A DNA stretch of 64,000 bases from Patescibacteria group bacterium (lineage in GTDB: Bacteria > Patescibacteriota > Microgenomatia > Curtissbacterales > GWA2-41-24): positions 8,485 through 72,484 of the forward strand of contig JBBTUN010000006.1 of assembly GCA_038063735.1 (NCBI GenBank). The letters run 5' to 3'. The position numbers were made by a program, and so were the translations under genes. Under the pieces are notes generated by a model. The model had not been told where the DNA came from, ran no database searches, and worked only from the letters and a program-made list of their open reading frames with translations. This document shows positions 50,700 through 60,480 of the stretch, one piece after another (within the stretch, counting starts at the first letter, position 1; each line of letters starts with the position of its first letter).

Positions 50700-51239
50700 T
50701 CAGAACGGTAAATCCTCCAAATCTACATTATCAAGATCGTCATCACTTTTTTCATCTTTTTTATCCGGTTTTATTTCCTTGGCAGCACTTTTCTTCTCTT
50801 CTTTCTTCGACTTATCCTCAGCTACAACAGCTTCAGCAGCAACTGGGGTTTCATCGCTATGAATTAGCGTATCCTCACCAGCTGCACCTTCAAAATCTCG
50901 CTTGGAATCCAATATTCTCATGTCGTCTATAACAACTTCTGTAGTTTGCTTACTCTGCCCGTCCGGCGTTTCCCAACTTCTGGTTTGCAATCGTCCCTCT
51001 ACATAAACTTTTCTGCCTTTGGCAAGAAGTTGGGAACAAAGTTCTGCAAGCTTGTTCCAGGAAACAATTTTTACAAACTCTGTTTCTTCTTTCTTCTCAC
51101 CGTCCGAAGCAGTGTAGTACCTATTCGTAGCAATTCCAAACGTACAAACAGCCGCACCACTAGGTGTATAACGCAACTCCGGATCCCGCGTTAAATTCCC
51201 AATCAACATTACTTTGTTTAGTGAGGCTCTAGAACCCAT
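50700..51239 (-). CDS. ssb: Single-stranded DNA-binding protein.
   Basis: OB-fold N-terminus (NKVMLIGNLTRDPELRYT) and an acidic C-terminal DLEDLPF tail. Confidence 0.9.
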   Translation of the reverse strand: MGSRASLNKVMLIGNLTRDPELRYTPSGAAVCTFGIATNRYYTASDGEKKEETEFVKIVSWNKLAELCSQLLAKGRKVYVEGRLQTRSWETPDGQSKQTTEVVIDDMRILDSKRDFEGAAGEDTLIHSDETPVAAEAVVAEDKSKKEEKKSAAKEIKPDKKDEKSDDDLDNVDLEDLPF

Positions 51240-51242
51240 ATA

Positions 51243-51731
51243 TTATTTCCTCTTATTTACGACTTTCTTTATTCTTTTCACTTTTTCAACTTTAGTCGTT
51301 GGTCGCTTGTCTATAGTCGTCTTTGATTCCTTTGTAACCTTTTTCGTCACTACCGTCACTTTAGGTCTAACTTTTTCTTCTTTTACTATAACATCTTCTT
51401 TTTTCGCAGCAAACTTTTTCTTGCTTGGCTTTCTAATTTTTTGTACGGTTAAAAGATATCTTAGTAAGTTTTCCTGTTCAAGTCTAAGCACACTGGTTAA
51501 ATTGGCAATTGCCGAGCCTTCCACATTAAACAAAAAAACTGTAAAGTCTGCTTCAGTCTGTTTCTTAATCGGATATGCCAGCAGTTTTTTCCCTAGGTTG
51601 TCAACTTTGAGGTCGGTCGCATTCGCATTCTTTAGAGCCTTTTCCACCTCGGCAATAAAGTCTGCACTACCACTTGTTTTTGTAACCAGCATTAGTTCGT
51701 ACATAGCTTGTGATTTTATCAAAATACCCAC
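51243..51731 (-). CDS. rpsF: Ribosomal protein S6 with a lysine-rich C-terminal extension.
   Basis: YELMLV... S6 fold start. Classic rpsF-ssb-rpsR order. The plus-strand ORF 51214..52041 is an antisense shadow. Confidence 0.8.
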   Translation of the reverse strand: MGILIKSQAMYELMLVTKTSGSADFIAEVEKALKNANATDLKVDNLGKKLLAYPIKKQTEADFTVFLFNVEGSAIANLTSVLRLEQENLLRYLLTVQKIRKPSKKKFAAKKEDVIVKEEKVRPKVTVVTKKVTKESKTTIDKRPTTKVEKVKRIKKVVNKRK

Positions 51732-51767
51732 TCAAATAGCAATCGTTATCAAATCTGCAACAGAGAA

Positions 51768-52820
51768 CTATACACTAAATTTAAACTCAACAACTGCTCC
51801 TTCGGGCATTACTTCACTCTTACCTATTGTCTTAACCAATCCTTTGGCTTTTGCCTCTTTCCATCCGCCAACTTCCACAAATTTGTCAAACGGCACAATA
51901 TCGGCCGCAATGAATCCTCGTTCAAAATCTCCATGGATTACCCCTGCCGCTACAGGTGCCAAACTGCCTTTTTTAATTGTCCACGCCCGCACTTCTTTTG
52001 GGCCCGCCGTCAAAAATGTCGCCAAACCCAAAACTTCATAGGCGCGTTTGGCCAGTTTTGCCAATCCGGAGTCTTTAACTCCTAACTCCGCAAGGTAAGC
52101 AATTTGCTCCTCACTAGTTAATGCCGCCAATTCTTCTTCCAATTTTGCACTAATTCTAATTGCCCCCTCAATTTCCGGCGCTTTTGATAAATCACCTTCA
52201 TCCGAATTAATCACCACAATTATTTTTTTAGCAGACAAAAGTGAAAGTTCACTAATTTTTGAAAGTTCTTCGTCGGTCGATTCGTCCGCTAGCCATTTCC
52301 CCTGCTCAATCAATCCTTTCGCCTTTTCAATTACAACTATCTTTTTTTCTAAACCCTGAACCCTAGACCCTAGAACCTTCTCCACTGTCTCCAAATCTTT
52401 CATCAACAATTCAGTCTTCAATACTTCCAAATCCTCTTTTGGATTTTCACCCGTTTTGATAATATCCTCATTTTTAAAATCCCTAACCACAAAAACAATT
52501 GCATCAACTTCGCGGATATGCGACAAAAATTTATTCCCTAATCCCTCACCTTTGTGGGCACCTCTTACAAGCCCCGCAATGTCCACAAATTCCACAACTG
52601 CCGGAATTATTTTAAAACCCGGAGATAATCCTTCGGATTTTTTAACTACATCCGCAAGAACAGCCAACCGCTCGTCTGGTACTTCCACTACACCAACGTT
52701 GGGCTCAATTGTCGTAAACGGATAATTTTGCGCCAGCGCAACTTGCTTTTTTAATAAAGCATTAAATAACGTTGACTTCCCAACATTAGGCAATCCCACT
52801 ATCCCAACGGACAAACTCAT
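51768..52820 (-). CDS. ychF: Ribosome-binding ATPase YchF (Obg family).
   Basis: GIVGLPNVGKSTLFNAL G1 motif, TGS C-terminal domain. 350 aa. Confidence 0.9.
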   Translation of the reverse strand: MSLSVGIVGLPNVGKSTLFNALLKKQVALAQNYPFTTIEPNVGVVEVPDERLAVLADVVKKSEGLSPGFKIIPAVVEFVDIAGLVRGAHKGEGLGNKFLSHIREVDAIVFVVRDFKNEDIIKTGENPKEDLEVLKTELLMKDLETVEKVLGSRVQGLEKKIVVIEKAKGLIEQGKWLADESTDEELSKISELSLLSAKKIIVVINSDEGDLSKAPEIEGAIRISAKLEEELAALTSEEQIAYLAELGVKDSGLAKLAKRAYEVLGLATFLTAGPKEVRAWTIKKGSLAPVAAGVIHGDFERGFIAADIVPFDKFVEVGGWKEAKAKGLVKTIGKSEVMPEGAVVEFKFSV

Positions 52821-52881
52821 TCCCCATATTTTAGCAAAAGTTCCAACTTATTATTCATTGAAAATTGGGTATACTTGCAGA

Positions 52882-53235
52882 TTATGGCCGATTATTTCTC
52901 CATCCACCCCAGTCCATACTGGGTTGAATATTTCTTTCTTCAAAGTACTGTCTCATAATTCCCCGCATTGGACCCTGGCGTAACCAAACCTCATCCAATC
53001 CAGTCATATCAATAACCCACCCCGCAATCAGAATTGCCATTACGAATCCTACAATCACTACCCAAAATTTTCTTTTGTAAGAAAAATCATACTGGCGAAG
53101 CAACCATATCCCAATCGCCAGTCCGACGACAGCAAATATTGGTGCCCACCAAGGAAAACTCGAAATAAGTTGTTCCAAGCGGTAGTCACCCATGGGACCA
53201 TGACTACGCAGAGCAAGTCTGGTTAAACTGACCAA
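52882..53235 (-). CDS. Small membrane protein (2 TM). It is possibly the 3' part of a frameshifted gene together with the upstream 46-aa ORF.
   Basis: The ORF-finder start is a TTG, and the first ATG (MGDYRL) is at 53193. The upstream ORF 53204..53344 would fuse in frame if the T5 run at 53231..53235 were T4. Confidence 0.4.
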   Translation of the reverse strand: MVSLTRLALRSHGPMGDYRLEQLISSFPWWAPIFAVVGLAIGIWLLRQYDFSYKRKFWVVIVGFVMAILIAGWVIDMTGLDEVWLRQGPMRGIMRQYFEERNIQPSMDWGGWRNNRP

Positions 53236-53344
53236 AAACAGAGGATACCGCTGAAGCTGTAAGTCCGACTAATACAAGAAGCGATCCGAGAATAAAGTAC
53301 GCTCTTGGTCGCATTTTTACCTGACCTTTACGGATTTGACTCAT
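53204..53344 (-). CDS. Small TM peptide (46 aa), or the N-terminal part of a frameshifted membrane protein.
   Basis: Minus-strand ORF MSQIRKGQVKMRPRAYFILGSLLVLVGLTASAVSSVFGQFNQTCSA, translated by hand. Confidence 0.3.
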   Translation of the reverse strand: MSQIRKGQVKMRPRAYFILGSLLVLVGLTASAVSSVFGQFNQTCSA

Positions 53345-53474
53345 GACGTTCTACTGAATAATTTGGACCTTTGATAGTCGGATCTCCTCGATACGCTAGT
53401 ACAGATCCCGCGGATACGACCATTATTCCTAAGACAAGTGCTAATGCTCCTAAACCTAGTGTTGTTTTTTTCAT
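53328..53474 (-). CDS. Small exported peptide (48 aa) with a signal peptide.
   Basis: Minus-strand ORF MKKTTLGLGALALVLGIMVVSAGSVLA|YRGDPTIKGPNYSVERHESNP. Its stop overlaps the start of the next small ORF. Confidence 0.3.
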   Translation of the reverse strand: MKKTTLGLGALALVLGIMVVSAGSVLAYRGDPTIKGPNYSVERHESNP

Positions 53475-53567
53475 ATTTTTCACTTCCCTTCTACTTTAAT
53501 TTAACCTTTCTACTCTTAATACAACGAAGAGGATACTTTTCTTTCATTCTGGTACAATAACTTCAAC

Positions 53568-54200
53568 ATGACTTTGAAAAAGGAAATAATTATATCGGGC
53601 ATAGTCGGTATCATTATTGGTATTTTTCTCTCTCCAATCCTTTTTAATATTTGGGGGTGGAGTCCAATGATGGGTGGGAATTATAACAACCGATCAGGCG
53701 GGATGATGGGTTCTTCTGTAACCAGTAATATTGACCGCCATTTTATTGCACAGATGATTCCCCACCATGAAGGAGCAATTGAAATGGCAAAACTTGCTCA
53801 GGAACGCTCATCCCGACCAGAAATCAAAACACTTGCTGATAACATTATCCAAAGTCAGACAGAAGAAATTGAAAAAATGAAGAAGTGGTACAAAACGTGG
53901 TATGGAACGGCGGTACCAGAGAACTCTAATAGTGGAATGGGTATGGGACGAGGTATGATGCGGGGAGGCATGATGGGTGGCGAGACAGACATTGAGGCAT
54001 TAAAAAATGCTCCTGATTTTGATAAATCTTTTATAGAAGAAATGATTCCCCATCATCAAATGGCACTTATGATGGTAAATATGCTACTTCAGGGAACAGA
54101 GAGGGAAGAAATGAAAACCCTAGGTCAGGCGATGATTGACGCCCAAAGCCGTGAAATAGACCAGATGCGGTCATGGTATCGCAGTTGGTACGAACAATAA
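53568..54200 (+). CDS. DUF305-family protein (membrane-anchored, duplicated MIPHH motif).
   Basis: MIPHHEGAIEMAK and MIPHHQMALMMV repeats are characteristic of DUF305 (a metal/copper-homeostasis-associated family). Met/Gly-rich linker. Confidence 0.7.
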   Translation: MTLKKEIIISGIVGIIIGIFLSPILFNIWGWSPMMGGNYNNRSGGMMGSSVTSNIDRHFIAQMIPHHEGAIEMAKLAQERSSRPEIKTLADNIIQSQTEEIEKMKKWYKTWYGTAVPENSNSGMGMGRGMMRGGMMGGETDIEALKNAPDFDKSFIEEMIPHHQMALMMVNMLLQGTEREEMKTLGQAMIDAQSREIDQMRSWYRSWYEQ

Positions 54201-54232
54201 AAAAGGGTAATTGAGGAAACAATGACATGAGG

Positions 54233-54395
54233 GTTTAAAACTTAAACTGGGGTGGCTGGGAGTGGACTATTCTACCGAGTCCATCTCTCTCAACAATAAT
54301 TCTTTCTTTTCTTGGGTTGGGAGGATGGAAACTAAAGTGAAATTCTAAATATTGGTTTTTCCGTTGATAGTGCCTGCTGATAAGTTCATAAGAGC
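54233..54395 (+). repeat. Composite intergenic repeat, copy R1 (full length, about 160 bp).
   Basis: It shares gtttaaaacttaaactgRggtggYtgggagt with 61794..61862. It shares tctctYtcaacaataattctttcttttctWgggttgggagg...ttttYcgttgatWgtgcctRctgata with 60734..60855. Confidence 0.7.
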
Positions 54396-54642
54396 AATTT
54401 TAGCAGAAAGTTAAATTAAAAATTGTCCTGAGCGAAATCGAGTCAGACTCGATGATGTCGAAGTACACAATTAACCATGAGGCGACTATATCAATAAAGT
54501 TAGGTGGGCTTTCAAAAAAGTCCATGTGAGCACTAGGCGCAACTCGCACTTCAACTATATTTAAATGCGTCTGTTTACAAACTGACAAAAATACGTTATC
54601 TTTCCATTCAGGCTGACTAAGGCTGAAAATTTTATACAATTC

Positions 54643-56886
54643 ATGAAAATGCTAAAACAAAATTGGCAGTTGATTTTCGTTTCCTCTCAAATACTTTTTC
54701 TAGAACTTCTTGTAATTCGATTGATATCAACGGAGATTAGAATCTTTGCTTACTTTTCAAACTTAGTTCTCCTCGCCACATTTATCGGTTTAGGCTTCGG
54801 CATGATTCTTCGGAAGAAATTCCCGGTCGCTATTTCCGCCATATCTCTTTTTCTCATGGTGGTTGCAGCTTCTACAAATTATATTGTACGATGGCCAAAA
54901 ATCGATTTTAAATTCTTTTCTGGAGTTACAGAGCTTCTTGCACCCCTTTCCGAATCATACATTTGGCTTACAACAAGCACATATTCAAAATCAGGCATAA
55001 TAATCGGTTTTCTCTTGCTAATAATATTATTCATCAACATAGTTCTGATATTTATGCCCCTTGGCCAAATTATGGGAAATCTTCTAGAAAAACATAAAAA
55101 ACCCATTCTTGCTTATTCAATAAATATAGTCGCTTCCCTGGCAGGCTTGTGGATATTTCAAATCTTTTCTCTTTCCAGATTCACACCTTACTTTGGTGTT
55201 GTACTCGCAATATCAGCACTCTTCTTTCTCACAAAAGATAAAACTGAAAAGTATTTAATAATAGCAATTGCAGTTGCGACAATAGCTTTTATTGTGCCAA
55301 AATCCCTTCCAGAAAAGTTTCGCGCAACCTATTGGTCTCCTTACCAAAAACTGACGCTCTCGGCATCAGAAAAGGATCCTTCAGAAAGGCATCCTCAACC
55401 GGAAGGTTGGTATTTGGAGGTAAACAATGTAGGTTATATGGCTCTCTTGAATATTAGCAATGATTACAAAAACAAGGCAAAAGAAGAACTAACCAAATTG
55501 TACGGGAACAACACACCTATAGATACAAATTTTTCAGATAATTATTCGCTACCGTACAAATTCAAACCCCTTCCTCAAGATGTTTTGATAATAGGAGCAG
55601 GTGCAGGTAACGATGCAGCGGCAGCCATAAGAGAAGGTAAGAGACTCTATGAACTAAACCCTCCTGTGAGTATGACAGAAGAGCAATATTTACAAAAGGC
55701 ACCAAGAATCGACGCCGTGGAAATTGATCCAACAATTATTGAGATTGGAGAAAAATATCATCATGAAAAACCCTATCGTGAACCGAATGTAAACATAATC
55801 GTTGATGATGGTCGTTCATTTATGGAGAGAACCGACAAAAAGTATGACCTTGTTATTATGAGTCTCGCTGACTCTCACACGCTATCATCATCGCTTAGTA
55901 ATTTAAGACTCGATCACTACCTTTATACACAGGAGAGCTTTGCCCAAATCAAAGATTTGCTCAAAGACAACGGTGTTCTTTTCTTGACATTTGAGGTGAC
56001 CCGCTCGTGGATAGGAGACAGACTGAATCGCGGTCTAGTTAACGTTTTTAATCAAGAACCAAAAATATTCGAGGTTAGGTCAAATGGCGTTTTTGGCTGG
56101 GGAGGATACTCTTTTGTTGTTTCTAAAAATCCCCAAACCTTAAAGGATATTCTCGCGAATAATAATGACCTTAATCAATTTGTCGTGAATAACCAAAGGG
56201 TCTTCAATACAAACACCAAACCTCTTACGGACAATTGGCCCTATCTCTATTTGGACAAACCACGTTTACCTCTAATTCACGTCATCGTTGCGCTCATTTT
56301 CAGTTTGGCCTTGCTAATTGCCAGAAAAGGACTACTTGGAACAAATAAACTGAATTGGGCAATGTTTTTCTGGGGCGCGGCTTTCCTACTTTTCGAATTT
56401 CAAAATATTTCCAAAGCGAGTCTGCTATTCGGAGTGACTTGGCAAACCAACTTATTCATGATAAGCGCAATACTTGTACTTCTACTTTTTGCTAATTGGA
56501 CAGTTCAAAAAACGCTGATTAAACCAAAGATCGCGTTCATATCGCTTATTGCAAGTCTGGTATTACAAATTTTCTTCCTGCTGGAAACCTTAAACAATTT
56601 TGGCTTTTGGCAAAAAATCGTCTTTGCTAGCTTAGTGCTTAATTTGCCACTCTACTTCGGAGGGGTTATATTTGTCGACATGTTCGCTAAATCACGAGAC
56701 AAAGCTAATGCTTTTGGGTCAAATTTTTTGGGAGCCGTATTTGGTGGTCTTGCAGAGATGTTTTCTTTCTTATTTGGAATCCATGCTCTGCTTTACATAG
56801 TTATAATTTTATACTCACTTGGGTTTATGGCCTCAAATTACATAAAAATTTTGCCTCATAAATTATTCCCAATTCTTAGAAAGTGA
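54643..56886 (+). CDS. Spermidine-synthase-fold (aminopropyltransferase-like) methyltransferase-fold domain fused between N- and C-terminal membrane domains.
   Basis: 747 aa. About 7 TM, then VLIIGAGAGN...VDAVEIDPTIIEIGEKYHH...DLVIMSLADS (spermine/spermidine synthase fold), then more TM. Confidence 0.65.
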   Translation: MKMLKQNWQLIFVSSQILFLELLVIRLISTEIRIFAYFSNLVLLATFIGLGFGMILRKKFPVAISAISLFLMVVAASTNYIVRWPKIDFKFFSGVTELLAPLSESYIWLTTSTYSKSGIIIGFLLLIILFINIVLIFMPLGQIMGNLLEKHKKPILAYSINIVASLAGLWIFQIFSLSRFTPYFGVVLAISALFFLTKDKTEKYLIIAIAVATIAFIVPKSLPEKFRATYWSPYQKLTLSASEKDPSERHPQPEGWYLEVNNVGYMALLNISNDYKNKAKEELTKLYGNNTPIDTNFSDNYSLPYKFKPLPQDVLIIGAGAGNDAAAAIREGKRLYELNPPVSMTEEQYLQKAPRIDAVEIDPTIIEIGEKYHHEKPYREPNVNIIVDDGRSFMERTDKKYDLVIMSLADSHTLSSSLSNLRLDHYLYTQESFAQIKDLLKDNGVLFLTFEVTRSWIGDRLNRGLVNVFNQEPKIFEVRSNGVFGWGGYSFVVSKNPQTLKDILANNNDLNQFVVNNQRVFNTNTKPLTDNWPYLYLDKPRLPLIHVIVALIFSLALLIARKGLLGTNKLNWAMFFWGAAFLLFEFQNISKASLLFGVTWQTNLFMISAILVLLLFANWTVQKTLIKPKIAFISLIASLVLQIFFLLETLNNFGFWQKIVFASLVLNLPLYFGGVIFVDMFAKSRDKANAFGSNFLGAVFGGLAEMFSFLFGIHALLYIVIILYSLGFMASNYIKILPHKLFPILRK

Positions 56887-57106
56887 GGTTTTAATTAAGT
56901 CTAGTTTGTCCAAGTACTATAGTGCTACTATCTTTCCAAACTCATCTCTGCTTACCCTGAACGGGCGAAGGGTCGGAAGTTAAGCGATCTTTCTTCAATT
57001 TCGCTTGCACTCCGAAGCTTTAGCGAAGGAGTGGCAACCTGAATTTAAGCTCAATCGGAAGCAGTCTCAGCATCTTTAGTAATTAAACCCTAAAAGCTTC
57101 ATAGAT

Positions 57107-57658
57107 TTATTCATCGGGTACAAATCTGAGTGTAATCGAATTCATACAATACCGCTTTCCTGAAGGCTTGGGACCATCATCAAATACATGACCTAAGTGT
57201 CCTCCACAAGTATCTAATACTTCAATCCTATCATCACCTAACCCTGTTTCTTTTCGAAGCACTAGCGAATTTTCATCAATGGGCGCCCAAAAACTCGGCC
57301 AGCCTGTTCCTGAATCATATTTTTGTTCTGACCGAAAAAGTGGTATGTCACACCCAACGCTGTAATACTTTCCTTTCCTCTTCTCATTGTTCAGTACACC
57401 TGTAAAAGGTGCCTCTGTCCCAGCTTCGCGCAGTATATGAAACTGTTCGGGAGTTAATGTCTTCTTCCACTCCTCGTCAGTCTTAAACTTACTTTGGTTA
57501 AATGCTCCAGAGATAATCTGTCCTGTATTCTGACCTATCGTAGGTTTCTCGGCTATTTTTTTCTGCTGGTGACTTATCATGACAATTCCCCCTATCATCA
57601 GAACAGCAAATACAATCAAAAAAAGTACATTCTTAGGTTTGTGGTGGGCTTTATACAA
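57107..57658 (-). CDS. msrB: Peptide-methionine (R)-S-oxide reductase MsrB, membrane-anchored.
   Basis: N-terminal TM and a SelR domain with CGGHLGHVF and RYCMNS (catalytic Cys). Confidence 0.85.
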   Translation of the reverse strand: MYKAHHKPKNVLFLIVFAVLMIGGIVMISHQQKKIAEKPTIGQNTGQIISGAFNQSKFKTDEEWKKTLTPEQFHILREAGTEAPFTGVLNNEKRKGKYYSVGCDIPLFRSEQKYDSGTGWPSFWAPIDENSLVLRKETGLGDDRIEVLDTCGGHLGHVFDDGPKPSGKRYCMNSITLRFVPDE

Positions 57659-57673
57659 CCTGTTTTGTATTAA

Positions 57674-59443
57674 TTAACCAAAAGTAAAAGCAAAAAGTTC
57701 TACATTGTTATCCTCAAATTCAAGCCGAAGAATATGTCGCCCTGGTGATGAGAGGTTAATCAATTTGTAAAGTTTATCACTATTAACTGTTACGACACCG
57801 TTTACGTTATCCTCCCCAAAATCCTGCATCTTCTCATCAAGATACACTTTTACTTTTGCAGAGGTTCCTTTTGTACGCATAACTAAAAATACTTCTTTTG
57901 AATCAAAATTTAACGTAAGTGTTGTACCTTTTTGAGGGTTGGCATATTCTTTCGTCACATTCCATACACCTTCGTAAGCAACCTGATTATTCCCTACATT
58001 TGCTGGTGTTGAATAAGTCCCAAGCGTATCTCTCTTAATTGTTTCAGGAGATGCAAAATGTTCGATTCTTCCATATCCTAGATAAATTTCAGGGGTTTTT
58101 GCGTTAACCTGGTACGTTGGATTATTTATTTTTGAAGATACATCTCTGACTCCCGCTTCTTTTAAGAGTTCTTGAATAACCCTTTCACTTTCATCGTAAG
58201 CTCCCTCTCCAAAATGGGTGTACCGAACATACCCTTCTTTATCGATAAAGTATTTTGCTGGCCAGAAACGATTATTGTATGCTCGCCAAGTAGAAAAGTC
58301 ATTGTCCTGCACAATAGGATAAGTAAGTTTAAAGTCTTTGATTGCTCGAGCCACATTTTTTTCGCTCTTTTCAAATTCAAATTCAGGAGCATGAACACCA
58401 ATGATGACTAAGCCCTTATCCTTATACTTCTCATTCCAATCCCTTAGATACGGCAGGGTTCTTTGACAATTAATACAAGAATACGTCCAAAAATCTATGA
58501 CTACAACCTTGCCTTTTAATTGCTCAAGTGTCAGTGGTTCACTGTTAAACCATGCGCCTCCAGGAATAATTTCAGGAGCTTTTACGCCTTTTGGTTCTGT
58601 CAAATCAAACATTGGCTTTCCCATACCTGCCTTGCCGGCAGGCAGGTCTTCTTTTTTAACTTCACCACCAGATTTTTTATTCGCAGAAGAGCTTCGCTCA
58701 TCCAATTGATTTCGAATTAACTCATTATCTTCAAACTTGGTAAGACCAACACCATATTGTGGAAAGGTGTTCAGTACAAACGTTTGAAATCTCCGGTCAA
58801 CATTAAAAAATATTCCTACAGCTGTCAAAATCATTAATATCCCAAACAGTTTTTGGATATGACCTAAGTTAGAAAGTAACCAAGGGACTCTGCGAAGCGC
58901 ATTTTGTCCACCAAATATGATTAAAAACATCGGAATTGCTGTACCAAGTGAATACGCAAGTGTGATAAAGAATGCGTCCAGAGTAACCTTACCAGTAATT
59001 GCCAATGAAATAACTGAGGCTAGTATGGGGCCAACACACGGAGTCCATAAAAGCCCCACAGAAAAACCAATGAGTAGTCCCCCAACAAAGCCGGTTCTCC
59101 CTTGGCTATTTGGCGTAAAGCCAGCCAGTTTAGAAAAAAGCCTCTCTACAATAACTTGAAACTGTGGAACAAGAAGTGATATTCCAAATCCTGCAATCAC
59201 TATTATTGAAACAAATCGAAGCGTTTCTGCTGGAATACCACTAAGTCTTACCATCGTTGAGAGAAAAAGTGTAAAGAAGGTAAAACTAAGAATAAATCCG
59301 ATAACAACTCCCATCGGCCGTGACTTACCTGTATTTACCCCACCGATACTCGATGTAAGAATAATTGGAAGGATAGGAAGAATACACGGTGAGAGTACTG
59401 TTATAATTCCAGCCAAAAATGCAAATGCGATAAGTAAAATCAT
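57674..59443 (-). CDS. DipZ-like fusion of a CcdA/DsbD transmembrane electron-transfer domain, a thioredoxin (TlpA/ResA-like) domain and a C-terminal beta-rich domain.
   Basis: N-terminus SPCILPILP..., about 8 TM with a second conserved Cys region, then FWTYSCINCQ (CxxC), then a ~200-aa extra domain. Confidence 0.8.
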   Translation of the reverse strand: MILLIAFAFLAGIITVLSPCILPILPIILTSSIGGVNTGKSRPMGVVIGFILSFTFFTLFLSTMVRLSGIPAETLRFVSIIVIAGFGISLLVPQFQVIVERLFSKLAGFTPNSQGRTGFVGGLLIGFSVGLLWTPCVGPILASVISLAITGKVTLDAFFITLAYSLGTAIPMFLIIFGGQNALRRVPWLLSNLGHIQKLFGILMILTAVGIFFNVDRRFQTFVLNTFPQYGVGLTKFEDNELIRNQLDERSSSANKKSGGEVKKEDLPAGKAGMGKPMFDLTEPKGVKAPEIIPGGAWFNSEPLTLEQLKGKVVVIDFWTYSCINCQRTLPYLRDWNEKYKDKGLVIIGVHAPEFEFEKSEKNVARAIKDFKLTYPIVQDNDFSTWRAYNNRFWPAKYFIDKEGYVRYTHFGEGAYDESERVIQELLKEAGVRDVSSKINNPTYQVNAKTPEIYLGYGRIEHFASPETIKRDTLGTYSTPANVGNNQVAYEGVWNVTKEYANPQKGTTLTLNFDSKEVFLVMRTKGTSAKVKVYLDEKMQDFGEDNVNGVVTVNSDKLYKLINLSSPGRHILRLEFEDNNVELFAFTFG

Positions 59444-59554
59444 ATAGTGTTTTGTTTAGGCCTCCGAAGCAAAGTATTTTTTTTATTTTGCGAAAGGGTC
59501 TTAATTAACCTCCGATACTGGTTTTTGAAAAAAGGCAAAAACCAGAACCGCAGA

Positions 59555-60073
59555 TTACTTAATATTAGAAAGTAACTCTTCTATCTGTCCACCGTTCCAT
59601 TTCGCTACTTCCTTGCCCGCACTATCTATTTGGACAAACGTGTGCTGATAGGTTATGCCATACTTTTTCGCAAGGTCTTTTTCTTCCTGGTCTGTTTCTG
59701 GGTCATTGTAATTGACTCTAACCAAAGTAACATCTTCAGGGATTTTACTTACATTTTGAGTAAAGTTAGCATCAGCTGGTTTACAGGTCGGACACCAGGA
59801 CGCATAGAAAAATAACACGCGGCGGGTGTTAGCAGCACTATCTAAAGCTGATTTGCTGTATTGGGCGTAGCGAGAGTTGTCTGTGTTATCATCCATCATT
59901 TCGCCTTGTCCTGTGATAGTCGTAGGATCACTTTTCATAGCGCCATCATCTTTTTTCATTATGGAGTCGGACTGAGAAGATTTTTGAGAAAGAGTATACG
60001 CACCAAACCCAAGAACAGCTACCACTGCGATAATTGCAAAGATTACTATTGGATTTTTCATAAATTGATTCAC
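59555..60073 (-). CDS. Membrane-anchored thioredoxin-like protein.
   Basis: N-terminal TM and an FYASWCPTCK thioredoxin active site. Confidence 0.8.
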   Translation of the reverse strand: MNQFMKNPIVIFAIIAVVAVLGFGAYTLSQKSSQSDSIMKKDDGAMKSDPTTITGQGEMMDDNTDNSRYAQYSKSALDSAANTRRVLFFYASWCPTCKPADANFTQNVSKIPEDVTLVRVNYNDPETDQEEKDLAKKYGITYQHTFVQIDSAGKEVAKWNGGQIEELLSNIK

Positions 60074-60124
60074 CTCCTATCTTTATCCATCGTAGTAAAT
60101 CAAAATACAAATGTCAAGTCGCCT

Positions 60125-60478
60125 TTACATTGTGAAATGAGAGTAAATTCGGGAGAGAAGCTTCGAGAAAACCATGGCACAAAGTGCAATAACAAGCCAG
60201 GGATCGATATCGTGCTTGAGCGCCTGTAATATGACACCGAGAATCAAGGTACCTACTCCAACGAGATAGGATATTCTTCCGGCTGTAAGAATATGTATTG
60301 TATCCCGTTCGTCCGAGGATTTTTCTCTGAAAAGAAAAGCAGCAAACGTGAGAAACGAGACAATGAGTCCTACGATTAACATTGATACCATACTGTCAGG
60401 CATCGTCAAATGCCCAGGGTTCAAAAACAGAATTGCAATCCCAAGTATTGCGATAGCGCTAATGGTTTCAATAATCAT
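60125..60478 (-). CDS. Small membrane protein (4 TM) paired with the XRE regulator.
   Basis: 117 aa. Its start is 3 nt after the XRE gene stop. Confidence 0.45.
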   Translation of the reverse strand: MIIETISAIAILGIAILFLNPGHLTMPDSMVSMLIVGLIVSFLTFAAFLFREKSSDERDTIHILTAGRISYLVGVGTLILGVILQALKHDIDPWLVIALCAMVFSKLLSRIYSHFTM

Positions 60479-60480
60479 AA

